From Eledone cirrhosa (lineage: Eukaryota): a stretch of DNA of 64,000 nucleotides. The DNA is taken from assembly GCA_964016885.1 (NCBI GenBank), contig OZ024741.1, forward strand, positions 403,124,001-403,188,000, given 5' to 3'. Below are positions 1-15,389 of this stretch, in pieces. The stretch's first letter is position 1, and the number at the start of each line of letters is the position of its first letter. The translations under genes and the position numbers were made by a program. Under the pieces are notes generated by a model. It had not been told where the DNA came from and searched no databases. It saw nothing but the letters and a program-made list of their open reading frames with translations.

Positions 1-3000
1 CTGCCAGAGTTATCTTCCTCTACAGTCTCTCTATATTCTCAGTTACTGACAGACATCACTTCCACTACAGTCTCTCTATATTCTCTCAGTTACTGACAGA
101 CATCACTTCCACTACAGTCTCTCTATATTCTCAGTTACTGTCAGACATAACTTCCACTACAGTCTCTCTATATTCTCAGTTACTGCCAGACATAACTTCC
201 ACTACAGTCTCTCTATATTCTCAGTTACTGCCAGACACAACTTCCACTACAGTCTCTTTATATTCTCAGTTACTGCCAGACGTAACTTCCACTACAATCT
301 CTCTATATTCTCAGTTACTGCCAGAGTTAACTTCCACTACAGTCTCTCTATATTCTCAGTTACTGCCAGACATAACTTCCACTACAGTCTCTGTATATTC
401 TCAGTTACTGCCAGACATAACTTCCACTACAGTCTCTCTATATTCTCAGTTACTGCCAGATATAACTTCCACTACAGTCTCTCTATATTCTCAGTTACTG
501 CCAGACATAACTTCCACTTCAGTCTCTCTATATTCTCAGTTACTGCCAGACATAACTTCCACTACAGTCTCTCTATATTCTCAGTTACTGCCAGACACAA
601 CTTCCACTACAGTCTCTTTATATTCTCAGTTACTGCCAGAGTTAACTTCCACTACAGTCTCTTTATATTCTCAGTTACTGCGAGAAACAACTTCCACTAC
701 AGTCTCTTTATATTCTCAGTTACTGCCAGACATCACTTCCACTACAGTCTCTCTATATTCTCAGTTACTGCCAGAGTTAACTTCCACTACAGTCTCTCTA
801 TATTCTCAGTTACTGCCAGACGTAACTTCCACTACAATCTCTCTATATTCTCAGTTACTGCCAGAGTTAACTTCCACTACAGTCTCTCTATATTCTCAGT
901 TACTGCCAGACATAACTTCCACTACAGTCTCTGTATATTCTCAGTTACTGCCAGACATAACTTCCACTACAGTCTCTCTATATTCTCAGTTACTGGCAGA
1001 CATAACTTCCACTACAGTCTCTCTATATTCTCAGTTACTGCCAGAGTTATCTTCCTCTACAGTCTCTCTATATTCTCAGTTACTGACAGACATCACTTCC
1101 ACTACAGTCTCTCTATATTCTCTCAGTTACTGACAGACATCACTTCCACTACAGTCTCTCTATATTCTCAGTTACTGTCAGACATAACTTCCACTACAGT
1201 CTCTCTATATTCTCAGTTACTGCCAGACATAACTTCCACTACAGTCTCTCTATATTCTCAGTTACTGCCAGACACAACTTCCACTACAGTCTCTTTATAT
1301 TCTCAGTTACTGCCAGACGTAACTTCCACTACAATCTCTCTATATTCTCAGTTACTGCCAGAGTTAACTTCCACTACAGTCTCTCTATATTCTCAGTTAC
1401 TGCCAGACATAACTTCCACTACAGTCTCTGTATATTCTCAGTTACTGCCAGACATAACTTCCACTACAGTCTCTCTATATTCTCAGTTACTGCCAGACAT
1501 AACTTCCACTACAGTCTCTCTATATTCTCAGTTACTGCCAGACATAACTTCCACTTCAGTCTCTCTATATTCTCAGTTACTGCCAGACATAACTTCCACT
1601 ACAGTCTCTCTATATTCTCAGTTACTGTCAGACATCACTTCCACTACAGTCTCTCTATATTCTCAGTTACTACCAGACACCACTTCCACTACAGTCTCTC
1701 TATATTCTCTCAGTTACTGCCAGACATCACTTCCACTACAGTCTCTTTATATTCTCAGTTACTGCCAGACATAACTTCCACTACAGTCTCTCTATATTCT
1801 CAGTAACTGCCAGAGTTAACTTCCACTACAGTGTCTCTATATTCTCAGTTACTGCCAGACATAACTTCCACTACAGTCTCTCTATATTCTCAGTTACTGC
1901 CAGACATCACTTCCACTACAGTCTCTCTATATTCTCAGTTATTGCCAGACATAACTTCCACTACAGTCTCTCTATATTCTCAGTTACTGCCAGACATAAC
2001 TTCCACTACAGTCTCTCTATATTCTCAGTTACTGCCAGAGTTAACTTCCACTACAGTCTCTCTATATTCTCAGTTACTGCCAGACATCACTTCTACTACA
2101 GTCTCTCTATATTCTCAGTTACTGCCAGAGTTAACTTCCACTACAGTGTCTCTATATTCTCAGTTACTGACAGACATAACTTCCACTACAGTCTCTCTAT
2201 ATTCGCAGTTACTGCCAGACATAACTACCACTACAGTCACTCTATATTCCCAGTTACTGCCAGACATAACTTCCACTACAGTCTCTCTATATTCTCAGCT
2301 ACTGCCAGAGTTAACTTCCACTACAGTCTCTCTATATTCCCAGTTACTGCCAGACATCACTTCCACTACAGTCTCTCTATATTCTCAGTTACTGGCAGAC
2401 ATCACTTCCACTACAGTCTCTCTATATTCTCAGTTACTGGCAGACATCACTTCCACTACAGTCTCTCTATATTCTCAGTTACTACCAGACACCACTTCCA
2501 CTACAGTCTCTCTATATTCTCTCAGTTACTGACAGACATCACTTCCACTACAGTCTCTCTATATTCTCAGTTACTCCCAGACATAACTTCCACTACAGTC
2601 TCTCTATATTCTCAGTTACTGCCAGACATAACTACCACTACAGTCTCACTATATTCCCAGTTACTGCCAGACATAACTTCCACTACAGTCCCTCTATATT
2701 CTCAGCTACTGCCAGAGTTAACTTCCACTACAGTCTCTCTATATTCCCAGTTACTGCCAGACATCACTTCCACTACAGTCTCTCTATATTCTCAGTTACT
2801 GGCAGACATCACTTCCACTACAGTCTCTCTATATTCTCAGTTACTGTCAGACATCACTTCCACTACAGTCTCTCTATATTCTCAGTTACTACCAGACACC
2901 ACTTCCACTACAGTCTCTCTATATTCTCTCAGTTACTGCCAGACATCACTTCCACTACAGTCTCTTTATATTCTCAGTTACTGCCAGACATAACTTCCAC

Positions 3001-6000
3001 TACAGTCTCTCTATATTCTCAGTAACTGCCAGAGTTAACTTCCACTACAGTGTCTCTATATTCTCAGTTACTGCCAGACATAACTTCCACTACAGTCTCT
3101 CTATATTCTCAGTTACTGCCAGACATCACTTCCACTACAGTCTCTCTATATTCTCAGTTACTGCCAGACATAATTTCCACTACAGTCGCTCTATATTCTC
3201 AGTTACTGCCAGAGTTAATTTCCACTACAGTCTCTCTATATTCTCAGTTACTGGCAGAGTTAACTTCCAATACAGTCTCTCTATATTCTCAGTTACTGCC
3301 AGACATAACTTCCACTACAGTCTCTATATATTCTCAGTTATTGCCAGACATAACTTCCACTACAGTCTCTCTATATTCTCAGTTACTGCCAGACATAACT
3401 TCCACTACAGTCTCTCTATATTCTCAGTTACTGCCAGAGTTAACTTCCACTACAGTCTCTCTATATTCTCAGTTACTGCCAGACATCACTTCTACTATAG
3501 TCTCTCTATATTCTCAGTTACTGCCAGAGTTAACTTCCACTACAGTGTCTCTATATTCTCAGTTACTGACAGACATAACTTCCACTACAGTCTCTCTATA
3601 TTCGCAGTTACTGCCAGACATAACTACCACTACAGTCTCTCTATATTCCCAGTTACTGCCAGACATAACTTCCACTACAGTCTCTCTATATTCTCAGCTA
3701 CTGCCAGAGTTAACTTCCACTACAGTCTCTCTATATTCCCAGTTACTGCCAGACATCACTTCCACTACAGTCTCTCTATATTCTCAGTTACTGGCAGACA
3801 TCACTTCCACTACAGTCTCTCTATATTCTCAGTTACTGGCAGACATCACTTCCACTACAGTCTCTCTATATTCTCAGTTACTACCAGACACCACTTCCAC
3901 TACAGTCTCTCTATATTCTCTCAGTTACTGACAGACATCACTTCCACTACAGTCTCTTTATATTCTCAGTTACTGCCAGACATAACTTCCACTACAGTCT
4001 CTCTATATTCTCAGTAACTGCCAGAGTTAACTTCCACTACAGTGTCTCTATATTCTCAGTTACTGCCAGACATAATTTCCACTACAGTCTCTCTATATTC
4101 TCAGTTACTGCCAGACATAACTTCCACTACAGTCTCTCTATATTCTCAGTTACTGCCAGACATAACTTCCACTACAGTCTCTCTATATTCTCAGTTACTG
4201 CCAGATTTAACTTCCACTACAGTCTCTCTATATTCTCAGTTACTGCCAGAGTTAACTTCCACTACAGTCTCTCTATATTCTCAGTTACTGGCAGACATAA
4301 CTTCCACTACAGTCTCTCTATATTCTCAGTTACTGCCAGAGTTAACTTCCACTACAATCTCTCTATATTCCCAGTTACTGCCAGACATCACTTCCACTAC
4401 AGTCTCTCTATATTCTCTCAGTTACTGACAGACATCACTTCCACTACAGTCTCTCTATATTCTCAGTTACTGCCAGACATAACTTCCACTACAGTCTCTC
4501 TATATTCTCAGTTACTGCCAGACATAACTTCCACTACAGTCTCTCTATATTCTCAGTTACTGCCAGACATATCTTCCACTACAGTCTCTCTATATTCTCA
4601 GTTACTGCCAGAGTTAACTTCCACAACAGTGTCTCTATATTCTCAGTTACTGCCAGGCATAACTTCCACTACAGTCTCTCTAAATTCTCAGTTACTGCCA
4701 GACATAACTTCCACTACAGTCTCTCTATATTCTCAGTTACTGCCAGACATATCTTCCACTACAGTCTCTCTATATTCTCAGTTACTGCCAGACATATCTT
4801 CCACTACAGTCTTTTTATATTCTCAGTTACTGCCAGACATAACTTCCACTACAGTCTCTCTATATTCTCAGTTACTGCCAGACATAACTTCCACTACAGT
4901 CTCTCTATATTCCCAGTTACTGGCAGACATCACTTCCACTACAGTCTCTCTATATTCTCAGTTACTGCTAGAGTTAACTTCCACTACATTCTCTCTATAT
5001 TCTCAGTTACTGCCAGACATAACTTCCACTACTGTCTCTCTATATTCTCAGTTACTGCCAGACATAACTTCCACTACAGTCTCTCTATATTCTCAGTTAC
5101 TGGCAGACATAACTTCCACTACAGTCTCTCTATATTCTCAGTTACTGCCAGAGTTATCTTCCTCTACAGTCTCTCTATATTCTCAGTTACTGACAGACAT
5201 CACTTCCACTACAGTCTCTCTATATTCTCTCAGTTACTGACAGACATCACTTCCACTACAGTCTCTCTATATTCTCAGTTACTGTCAGACATAACTTCCA
5301 CTACAGTCTCTCTATATTCTCAGTTACTGCCAGACATAACTTCCACTACAGTCTCTCTATATTCTCAGTTACTGCCAGACACAACTTCCACTACAGTCTC
5401 TTTATATTCTCAGTTACTGCCAGACGTAACTTCCACTACAATCTCTCTATATTCTCAGTTACTGCCAGAGTTAACTTCCACTACAGTCTCTCTATATTCT
5501 CAGTTACTGCCAGACATAACTTCCACTACAGTCTCTGTATATTCTCAGTTACTGCCAGACATAACTTCCACTACAGTCTCTCTATATTCTCAGTTACTGC
5601 CAGACATAACTTCCACTACAGTCTCTCTATATTCTCAGTTACTGCCAGACATAACTTCCACTTCAGTCTCTCTATATTCTCAGTTACTGCCAGACATAAC
5701 TTCCACTACAGTCTCTCTATATTCTCAGTTACTGCCAGACACAACTTCCACTACAGTCTCTTTATATTCTCAGTTACTGCCAGAGTTAACTTCCACTACA
5801 GTCTCTTTATATTCTCAGTTACTGCGAGAAACAACTTCCACTACAGTCTCTTTATATTCTCAGTTACTGCCAGACATCACTTCCACTACAGTCTCTCTAT
5901 ATTCTCAGTTACTGCCAGACGTAACTTCCACTACAATCTCTCTATATTCTCAGTTACTGCCAGAGTTAACTTCCACTACAGTCTCTCTATATTCTCAGTT

Positions 6001-9000
6001 ACTGCCAGACATAACTTCCACTACAGTCTCTGTATATTCTCAGTTACTGCCAGACATAACTTCCACTACAGTCTCTCTATATTCTCAGTTACTGCCAGAC
6101 ATATCTTCCACTACAGTCTTTTTATATTCTCAGTTACTGCCAGACATAACTTCCACTACAGTCTCTCTATATTCTCAGTTACTGCCAGACATAACTTCCA
6201 CTACAGTCTCTCTATATTCCCAGTTACTGGCAGACATCACTTCCACTACAGTCTCTCTATATTCTCAGTTACTGCTAGAGTTAACTTCCACTACATTCTC
6301 TCTATATTCTCAGTTACTGCCAGACATAACTTCCACTACTGTCTCTCTATATTCTCAGTTACTGCCAGACATAACTTCCACTACAGTCTCTCTATATTCT
6401 CAGTTACTGGCAGACATAACTTCCACTACAGTCTCTCTATATTCTCAGTTACTGCCAGAGTTATCTTCCTCTACAGTCTCTCTATATTCTCAGTTACTGA
6501 CAGACATCACTTCCACTACAGTCTCTCTATATTCTCTCAGTTACTGACAGACATCACTTCCACTACAGTCTCTTTATATTCTCAGTTACTGCCAGACGTA
6601 ACTTCCACTACAATCTCTCTATATTCTCAGTTACTGCCAGAGTTAACTTCCACTACAGTCTCTCTATATTCTCAGTTACTGCCAGACATAACTTCCACTA
6701 CAGTCTCTGTATATTCTCAGTTACTGCCAGACATAACTTCCACTACAGTCTCTCTATATTCTCAGTTACTGCCAGACATAACTTCCACTACAGTCTCTCT
6801 ATATTCTCAGTTACTGCCAGACATAACTTCCACTTCAGTCTCTCTATATTCTCAGTTACTGCCAGACATAACTTCCACTACAGTCTCTCTATATTCTCAG
6901 TTACTGCCAGACACAACTTCCACTACAGTCTCTTTATATTCTCAGTTACTGCCAGAGTTAACTTCCACTACAGTCTCTTTATATTCTCAGTTACTGCGAG
7001 AAACAACTTCCACTACAGTCTCTTTATATTCTCAGTTACTGCCAGACATCACTTCCACTACAGTCTCTCTATATTCTCAGTTACTGCCAGAGTTAACTTC
7101 CACTACAGTCTCTCTATATTCTCAGTTACTGCTAGACATAACTGCCACTACAGTCTCTCTATATTCTCAGTTACTGCCAGAGATAACTTCCACTACATTC
7201 TCTCTATATTCTCAGTTACTGCCAGACGTAACTTCCACTACAATCTCTCTATATTCTCAGTTACTGCCAGAGTTAACTTCCACTACAGTCTCTCTATATT
7301 CTCAGTTACTGCCAGACATAACTTCCACTACAGTCTCTGTATATTCTCAGTTACTGCCAGACATAACTTCCACTACAGTCTCTCTATATTCTCAGTTACT
7401 GGCAGACATAACTTCCACTACAGTCTCTCTATATTCTCAGTTACTGCCAGAGTTATCTTCCTCTACAGTCTCTCTATATTCTCAGTTACTGACAGACATC
7501 ACTTCCACTACAGTCTCTCTATATTCTCTCAGTTACTGACAGACATCACTTCCACTACAGTCTCTCTATATTCTCAGTTACTGTCAGACATAACTTCCAC
7601 TACAGTCTCTCTATATTCTCAGTTACTGCCAGACATAACTTCCACTACAGTCTCTCTATATTCTCAGTTACTGCCAGACACAACTTCCACTACAGTCTCT
7701 TTATATTCTCAGTTACTGCCAGACGTAACTTCCACTACAATCTCTCTATATTCTCAGTTACTGCCAGAGTTAACTTCCACTACAGTCTCTCTATATTCTC
7801 AGTTACTGCCAGACATAACTTCCACTACAGTCTCTGTATATTCTCAGTTACTGCCAGACATAACTTCCACTACAGTCTCTCTATATTCTCAGTTACTGCC
7901 AGACATAACTTCCACTACAGTCTCTCTATATTCTCAGTTACTGCCAGACATAACTTCCACTTCAGTCTCTCTATATTCTCAGTTACTGCCAGACATAACT
8001 TCCACTACAGTCTCTCTATATTCTCAGTTACTGTCAGACATCACTTCCACTACAGTCTCTCTATATTCTCAGTCACTACCAGACACCACTTCCACTACAG
8101 TCTCTCTATATTCTCTCAGTTACTGCCAGACATCACTTCCACTACAGTCTCTTTATATTCTCAGTTACTGCCAGACATAACTTCCACTACAGTCTCTCTA
8201 TATTCTCAGTAACTGCCAGAGTTAACTTCCACTACAGTGTCTCTATATTCTCAGTTACTGCCAGACATAACTTCCACTACAGTCTCTCTATATTCTCAGT
8301 TACTGCCAGACATCACTTCCACTACAGTCTCTCTATATTCTCAGTTATTGCCAGACATAACTTCCACTACAGTCTCTCTATATTCTCAGTTACTGCCAGA
8401 CATAACTTCCACTACAGTCTCTCTATATTCTCAGTTACTGCCAGAGTTAACTTCCACTACAGTCTCTCTATATTCTCAGTTACTGCCAGACATCACTTCT
8501 ACTACAGTCTCTCTATATTCTCAGTTACTGCCAGAGTTAACTTCCACTACAGTGTCTCTATATTCTCAGTTACAGACAGACATAACTTCCACTACAGTCT
8601 CTCTATATTCGCAGTTACTGCCAGACATAACTACCACTACAGTCTCTCTATATTCCCAGTTACTGCCAGACATAACTTCCACTACAGTCTCTCTATATTC
8701 TCAGCTACTGCCAGAGTTAACTTCCACTACAGTCTCTCTATATTCCCAGTTACTGCCAGACATCACTTCCACTACAGTCTCTCTATATTCTCAGTTACTG
8801 GCAGACATCACTTCCACTACAGTCTCTCTATATTCTCAGTTACTGGCAGACATCACTTCCACTACAGTCTCTCTATATTCTCAGTTACTACCAGACACCA
8901 CTTCCACTACAGTCTCTCTATATTCTCTCAGTTACTGACAGACATCACTTCCACTACAGTCTCTTTATATTCTCAGTTACTGCCAGACAAAACTTCCACT

Positions 9001-12000
9001 ACAGTCTCTCTATATTCTCAGTAACTGCCAGAGTTAACTTCCACTACAGTGTCTCTATATTCTCAGTTACTGCCAGACATAATTTCCACTACAGTCTCTC
9101 TATATTCTCAGTTACTGCCAGACATAACTTCCACTACAGTCTCTCTATATTCTCAGTTACTGCCAGACATAACTTCCACTACAGTCTCTCTATATTCTCA
9201 GTTACTGCCAGAGTTAACTTCCACTACAGTCTCTCTATATTCTCAGTTACTGCCAGAGTTAACTTCCACTACAGTCTCTCTATATTCTCAGTTACTGGCA
9301 GACATAACTTCCACTACAGTCTCTCTATATTCTCAGTTACTGCCAGAGTTATCTTCCTCTACAGTCTCTCTATATTCTCAGTTACTGACAGACATCACTT
9401 CCACTACAGTCTCTCTATATTCTCTCAGTTACTGACAGACATCACTTCCACTACAGTCTCTCTATATTCTCAGTTACAGTCAGACATAACTTCCACTACA
9501 GTCTCTCTATATTCTCAGTTACTGCCAGACATAACTTCCACTACAGTCTCTCTATATTCTCAGTTACTGCCAGACACAACTTCCACTACAGTCTCTTTAT
9601 ATTCTCAGTTACTGCCAGACGTAACTTCCACTACAATCTCTCTATATTCTCAGTTACTGCCAGAGTTAACTTCCACTACAGTCTCTCTATATTCTCAGTT
9701 ACTGCCAGACATAACTTCCACTACAGTCTCTGTATATTCTCAGTTACTGCCAGACATAACTTCCACTACAGTCTCTCTATATTCTCAGTTACTGCCAGAC
9801 ATAACTTCCACTACAGTCTCTCTATATTCTCAGTTACTGCCAGACATAACTTCCACTTCAGTCTCTCTATATTCTCAGTTACTGCCAGACATAACTTCCA
9901 CTACAGTCTCTCTATATTCTCAGTTACTGTCAGACATCACTTCCACTACAGTCTCTCTATATTCTCAGTCACTACCAGACACCACTTCCACTACAGTCTC
10001 TCTATATTCTCTCAGTTACTGCCAGACATCACTTCCACTACAGTCTCTTTATATTCTCAGTTACTGCCAGACATAACTTCCACTACAGTCTCTCTATATT
10101 CTCAGTAACTGCCAGAGTTAACTTCCACTACAGTGTCTCTATATTCTCAGTTACTGCCAGACATAACTTCCACTACAGTCTCTCTATATTCTCAGTTACT
10201 GCCAGACATCACTTCCACTACAGTCTCTCTATATTCTCAGTTATTGCCAGACATAACTTCCACTACAGTCTCTCTATATTCTCAGTTACTGCCAGACATA
10301 ACTTCCACTACAGTCTCTCTATATTCTCAGTTACTGCCAGAGTTAACTTCCACTACAGTCTCTCTATATTCTCAGTTACTGCCAGACATCACTTCTACTA
10401 CAGTCTCTCTATATTCTCAGTTACTGCCAGAGTTAACTTCCACTACAGTGTCTCTATATTCTCAGTTACTGACAGACATAACTTCCACTACAGTCTCTCT
10501 ATATTCGCAGTTACTGCCAGACATAACTACCACTACAGTCTCTCTATATTCCCAGTTACTGCCAGACATAACTTCCACTACAGTCTCTCTATATTCTCAG
10601 CTACTGCCAGAGTTAACTTCCACTACAGTCTCTCTATATTCCCAGTTACTGCCAGACATCACTTCCACTACAGTCTCTCTATATTCTCAGTTACTGGCAG
10701 ACATCACTTCCACTACAGTCTCTCTATATTCTCAGTTACTGGCAGACATCACTTCCACTACAGTCTCTCTATATTCTCAGTTACTACCAGACACCACTTC
10801 CACTACAGTCTCTCTATATTCTCTCAGTTACTGACAGACATCACTTCCACTACAGTCTCTTTATATTCTCAGTTACTGCCAGACAAAACTTCCACTACAG
10901 TCTCTCTATATTCTCAGTAACTGCCAGAGTTAACTTCCACTACAGTGTCTCTATATTCTCAGTTACTGCCAGACATAATTTCCACTACAGTCTCTCTATA
11001 TTCTCAGTTACTGCCAGACATAACTTCCACTACAGTCTCTCTATATTCTCAGTTACTGCCAGACATAACTTCCACTACAGTCTCTCTATATTCTCAGTTA
11101 CTGCCAGAGTTAACTTCCACTACAGTCTCTCTATATTCTCAGTTACTGCCAGAGTTAACTTCCACTACAGTCTCTCTATATTCTCAGTTACTGGCAGACA
11201 TAACTTCCACTACAGTCTCTCTATATTCTCAGTTACTGCCAGAGTTAACTTCCACTACAATCTCTCTATATTCCCAGTTACTGCCAGACATCACTTCCAC
11301 TACAGTCTCTCTATATTCTCTCAGTTACTGACAGACATCACTTCCACTACAGTCTCTCTATATTCTCAGTTACTGCCAGACATAACTTCCACTACAGTCT
11401 CTCTATATTCTCAGTTACTGCCAGAGTTAACTTCCACAACAGTGTCTCTATATTCTCAGTTACTGCCAGGCATAACTTCCACTACAGTCTCTCTATATTC
11501 TCAGTTACTGCCAGACATAACTTCCACTACAGTCTCTCTATATTCTCAGTTACTGCCAGACATATCTTCCACTACAGTCTCTCTATATTCTCAGTTACTG
11601 CCAGACATATCTTCCACTACAGTCTTTTTATATTCTCAGTTACTGCCAGACATAACTTCCACTACAGTCTCTCTATATTCTCAGTTACTGCCAGACGTAA
11701 CTTCCACTACAGTCTCTCTATATTCCCAGTTACTGGCAGACATCACTTCCACTACAGTCTCTCTATATTCTCAGTTACTGCTAGAGTTAACTTCCACTAC
11801 ATTCTCTCTATATTCTCAGTTACTGCCAGACATAACTTCCACTACTGTCTCTCTATATTCTCAGTTACTGCCAGACATAACTTCCACTACAGTCTCTCTA
11901 TATTCTCAGTTACTGGCAGACATAACTTCCACTACAGTCTCTCTATATTCTCAGTTACTGCCAGAGTTATCTTCCTCTACAGTCTCTCTATATTCTCAGT

Positions 12001-14941
12001 TACTGACAGACATCACTTCCACTACAGTCTCTCTATATTCTCTCAGTTACTGACAGACATCACTTCCACTACAGTCTCTCTATATTCTCAGTTACTGTCA
12101 GACATAACTTCCACTACAGTCTCTCTATATTCTCAGTTACTGCCAGACATAACTTCCACTACAGTCTCTCTATATTCTCAGTTACTGCCAGAAACAACTT
12201 CCACTACAGTCTCTTTATATTCTCAGTTACTGCCAGACGTAACTTCCACTACAATCTCTCTATATTCTCAGTTACTGCCAGAGTTAACTTCCACTACAGT
12301 CTCTCTATATTCTCAGTTACTGCCAGACATAACTTCCACTACAGTCTCTGTATATTCTCAGTTACTGCCAGACATAACTTCCACTACAGTCTCTCTATAT
12401 TCTCAGTTACTGCCAGACATAACTTCCACTACAGTCTCTCTATATTCTCAGTTACTGCCAGACATAACTTCCACTTCAGTCTCTCTATATTCTCAGTTAC
12501 TGCGAGACATAACTTCCACTACAGTCTCTCTATATTCTCAGTTACTGCCAGACACAACTTCCACTACAGTCTCTTTATATTCTCAGTTACTGCCAGAGTT
12601 AACTTCCACTACAGTCTCTCTATATTCTCAGTTACTGCGAGAAACAACTTCCACTACAGTCTCTTTATATTCTCAGTTACTGCCAGACATCACTTCCACT
12701 ACAGTCTCTCTATATTCTCAGTTACTGCCAGAGTTAACTTCCACTACAGTCTCTCTATATTCTCAGTTACTGCTAGACATAACTGCCACTACAGTCTCTC
12801 TATATTCTCAGTTACTGCCAGACATAACTTCCACTACATTCTCTCTATATTCTCAGTTACTGCCAGACGTAACTTCCACTACAATCTCTCTATATTCTCA
12901 GTTACTGCCAGAGTTAACTTCCACTACAGTCTCTCTATATTCTCAGTTACTGCCAGACATAACTTCCACTACAGTCTCTGTATATTCTCAGTTACTGCCA
13001 GACATAACTTCCACTACAGTCTCTCTATATTCTCAGTTACTGGCAGACATAACTTCCACTACAGTCTCTCTATATTCTCAGTTACTGCCAGAGTTATCTT
13101 CCTCTACAGTCTCTCTATATTCTCAGTTACTGACAGACATCACTTCCACTACAGTCTCTCAGTTACTGACAGACATCACTTCCACTACAGTCTCTCTATA
13201 TTCTCAGTTACTGTCAGACATAACTTCCACTACAGTCTCTCTATATTCTCAGTTACTGCCAGACATAACTTCCACTACAGTCTCTCTATATTCTCAGTTA
13301 CTGCCAGACACAACTTCCACTACAGTCTCTTTATATTCTCAGTTACTGCCAGACGTAACTTCCACTACAATCTCTGTATATTCTCAGTTACTGCCAGAGT
13401 TAACTTCCACTACAGTCTCTCTATATTCTCAGTTACTGCCAGACATAACTTCCACTACAGTCTCTGTATATTCTCAGTTACTGCCTGACATCACTTACAC
13501 TACATTCTCTCTATATTCTCAGTTACTGGCAGACATAACTTCCACTACAGTCTCTCTATATTCTCAGTTACTGCCAGGCATAACTTCCACTACAGTCTCT
13601 CTATATTCTCAGTTACTGCCAGACATAACTTCCACTTCAGTCTCTCTATATTCTCAGTTCCTGCCAGACATAACTTCCACTACAGTCTCTCTATATTCTC
13701 AGTTACTGCCAGACACAACTTCCACTACAGTCTCTTTATATTCTCAGTTACTGCCAGAGTTAACTTCCACTACAGTCTCTCTATATTCTCAGTTACTGCG
13801 AGAAACAACTTCCACTACAGTCTCTTTATATTCTCAGTTACTGCCAGACATCACTTCCACTACAGTCTCTCTATATTCTCAGTTACTGCCAGAGTTAACT
13901 TCCACTACAGTCTCTCTATATTCTCAGTTACTGCTAGACATAACTGCCACTACAGTCTCTCTATATTCTCAGTTACTGCCAGACATAACTTCCACTACAT
14001 TCTCTCTATATTCTCAGTTACTGCCAGACGTAACTTCCACTACAATCTCTCTATATTCTCAGTTACTGCCAGAGTTAACTTCCACTACAGTCTCTCTATA
14101 TTCTCAGTTACTGCCAGACATAACTTCCACTACAGTCTCTGTATATTCTCAGTTACTGCCAGACATAACTTCCACTACAGTCTCTCTATATTCTCAGTTA
14201 CTGCCAGATATAACTTCCACTACAGTCTCTCTATATTCTCAGTTACTGCCAGACATAACTTCCACTACAGTCTCTCTATATTCTCAGTTACTTCCAGACA
14301 CAACTTCCACTACAGTCTCTTTATATTCTCAGTTACTGCCAGAGTTAACTTCCACTACAGTCTCTCTATATTCTCAGTTACTGCCAGAGTTAACTTCCAC
14401 TACAGTCTCTCTATATTCTCAGTTACTGCGAGACACAACTTCCACTACAGTCTCTTTATATTCTCAGTTACTGCCAGACATCACTTCCACTACAGTCTCT
14501 CTATATTCTCAGTTACTGCCAGAGTTAACTTCCACTACAGTCTCTCTATATTCTCAGTTACTGCTAGACATAACTGCCACTACAGTCTCTCTATATTCTC
14601 AGTTACTGCCAGACATAACTTCCACTACATTCTCTCTATATTCTCAGTTACTGCCAGACATAACTTCCACTACAGTCTCTCTATATTCTCAGTTACTGCC
14701 AGACATAACTTCCACTACATTCTCTCTATATTCTCAGTTACTGCCAGACATAACTTCCACTACATTCTCTCAATATTCTCAGTTACTGCCAGACATCACT
14801 TCCACTACAGTCTCTCTATATTTTCAGTTACTGGCAGACATCACTTCCACTACAGTCTCTCTATATTCTCAGTTACTACCAGAGTTAACTTCCACTACAG
14901 TCTCTCTATATTCTCAGTTACTGCCAGAGTTAACTTCCACT
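1..14941. repeat. 45-bp tandem satellite (consensus ctctctatattctcagttactgccagacataacttccactacagt), about 330 copies in the window, with higher-order repeat structure; continues beyond the left edge
   Basis: The 45-bp period is directly visible. Variant monomers (gagtta, gacatc, 47-bp ctctcag) recur in the same order in blocks, e.g. near-identical blocks at 1831, 8237 and 10133. The array ends abruptly at about 14941. Confidence 0.98.
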
Positions 14942-15054
14942 TTCAACATTCCAGGTTATGGAATAAAATTTAATGAAATATATACCAGTTATTTACTTGG
15001 GTCTTTCATTCACTTGATAATACACAAAAACCCACTTCTCAATAAATCTGAGTC

Positions 15055-15060
15055 TTTATT
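15055..15060 (-). terminator. Candidate polyadenylation signal AATAAA of the CIB gene
   Basis: tttatt on the + strand about 140 nt past the stop codon; supported by position only. Confidence 0.45.
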
Positions 15061-15201
15061 TTTTTTTGAGAAATCACTGTTAATATCCTCCTCCCCCCCC
15101 CCACCACCAACTCCACAAAAAAACACTTTCTGCACTTTCTCCCTCCTCATCCTTCTCCTCTGTTAGTTAAATCATCACCTCCCTTGGTTATCTCCAGTCC
15201 A

Positions 15202-15223
15202 TCAAATACGAATATGGAAAGTA
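15202..15223 (-). CDS. CIB3: CIB2/3-like exon 7, coding part (NTFHIRI*)
   Basis: ttttctatttccag|TACTTTCCATATTCGTATTTGA; conserved TFHIRI C-terminus. Confidence 0.92.
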
Positions 15224-15389
15224 CTGGAAATAGAAAAGATATACCAGTATTTAGTCACAGATTATATAATTACAATTACAATTACCATTATATTTTAATT
15301 ATCAATGTATAATTTTAATTATCCAATTATAGTTTTGAAAACAATCAAGAATTTGAAGTGATTTACTGAGATAAAACAATCTATTAGTG

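Noticed and set aside
1831-12053. ORFs of (SLYSQLLPDITSTTV)n as a mucin-like protein
   Set aside because: Products of a 45-bp satellite; GTG starts, recurrent frameshifts, no splice or signal context.
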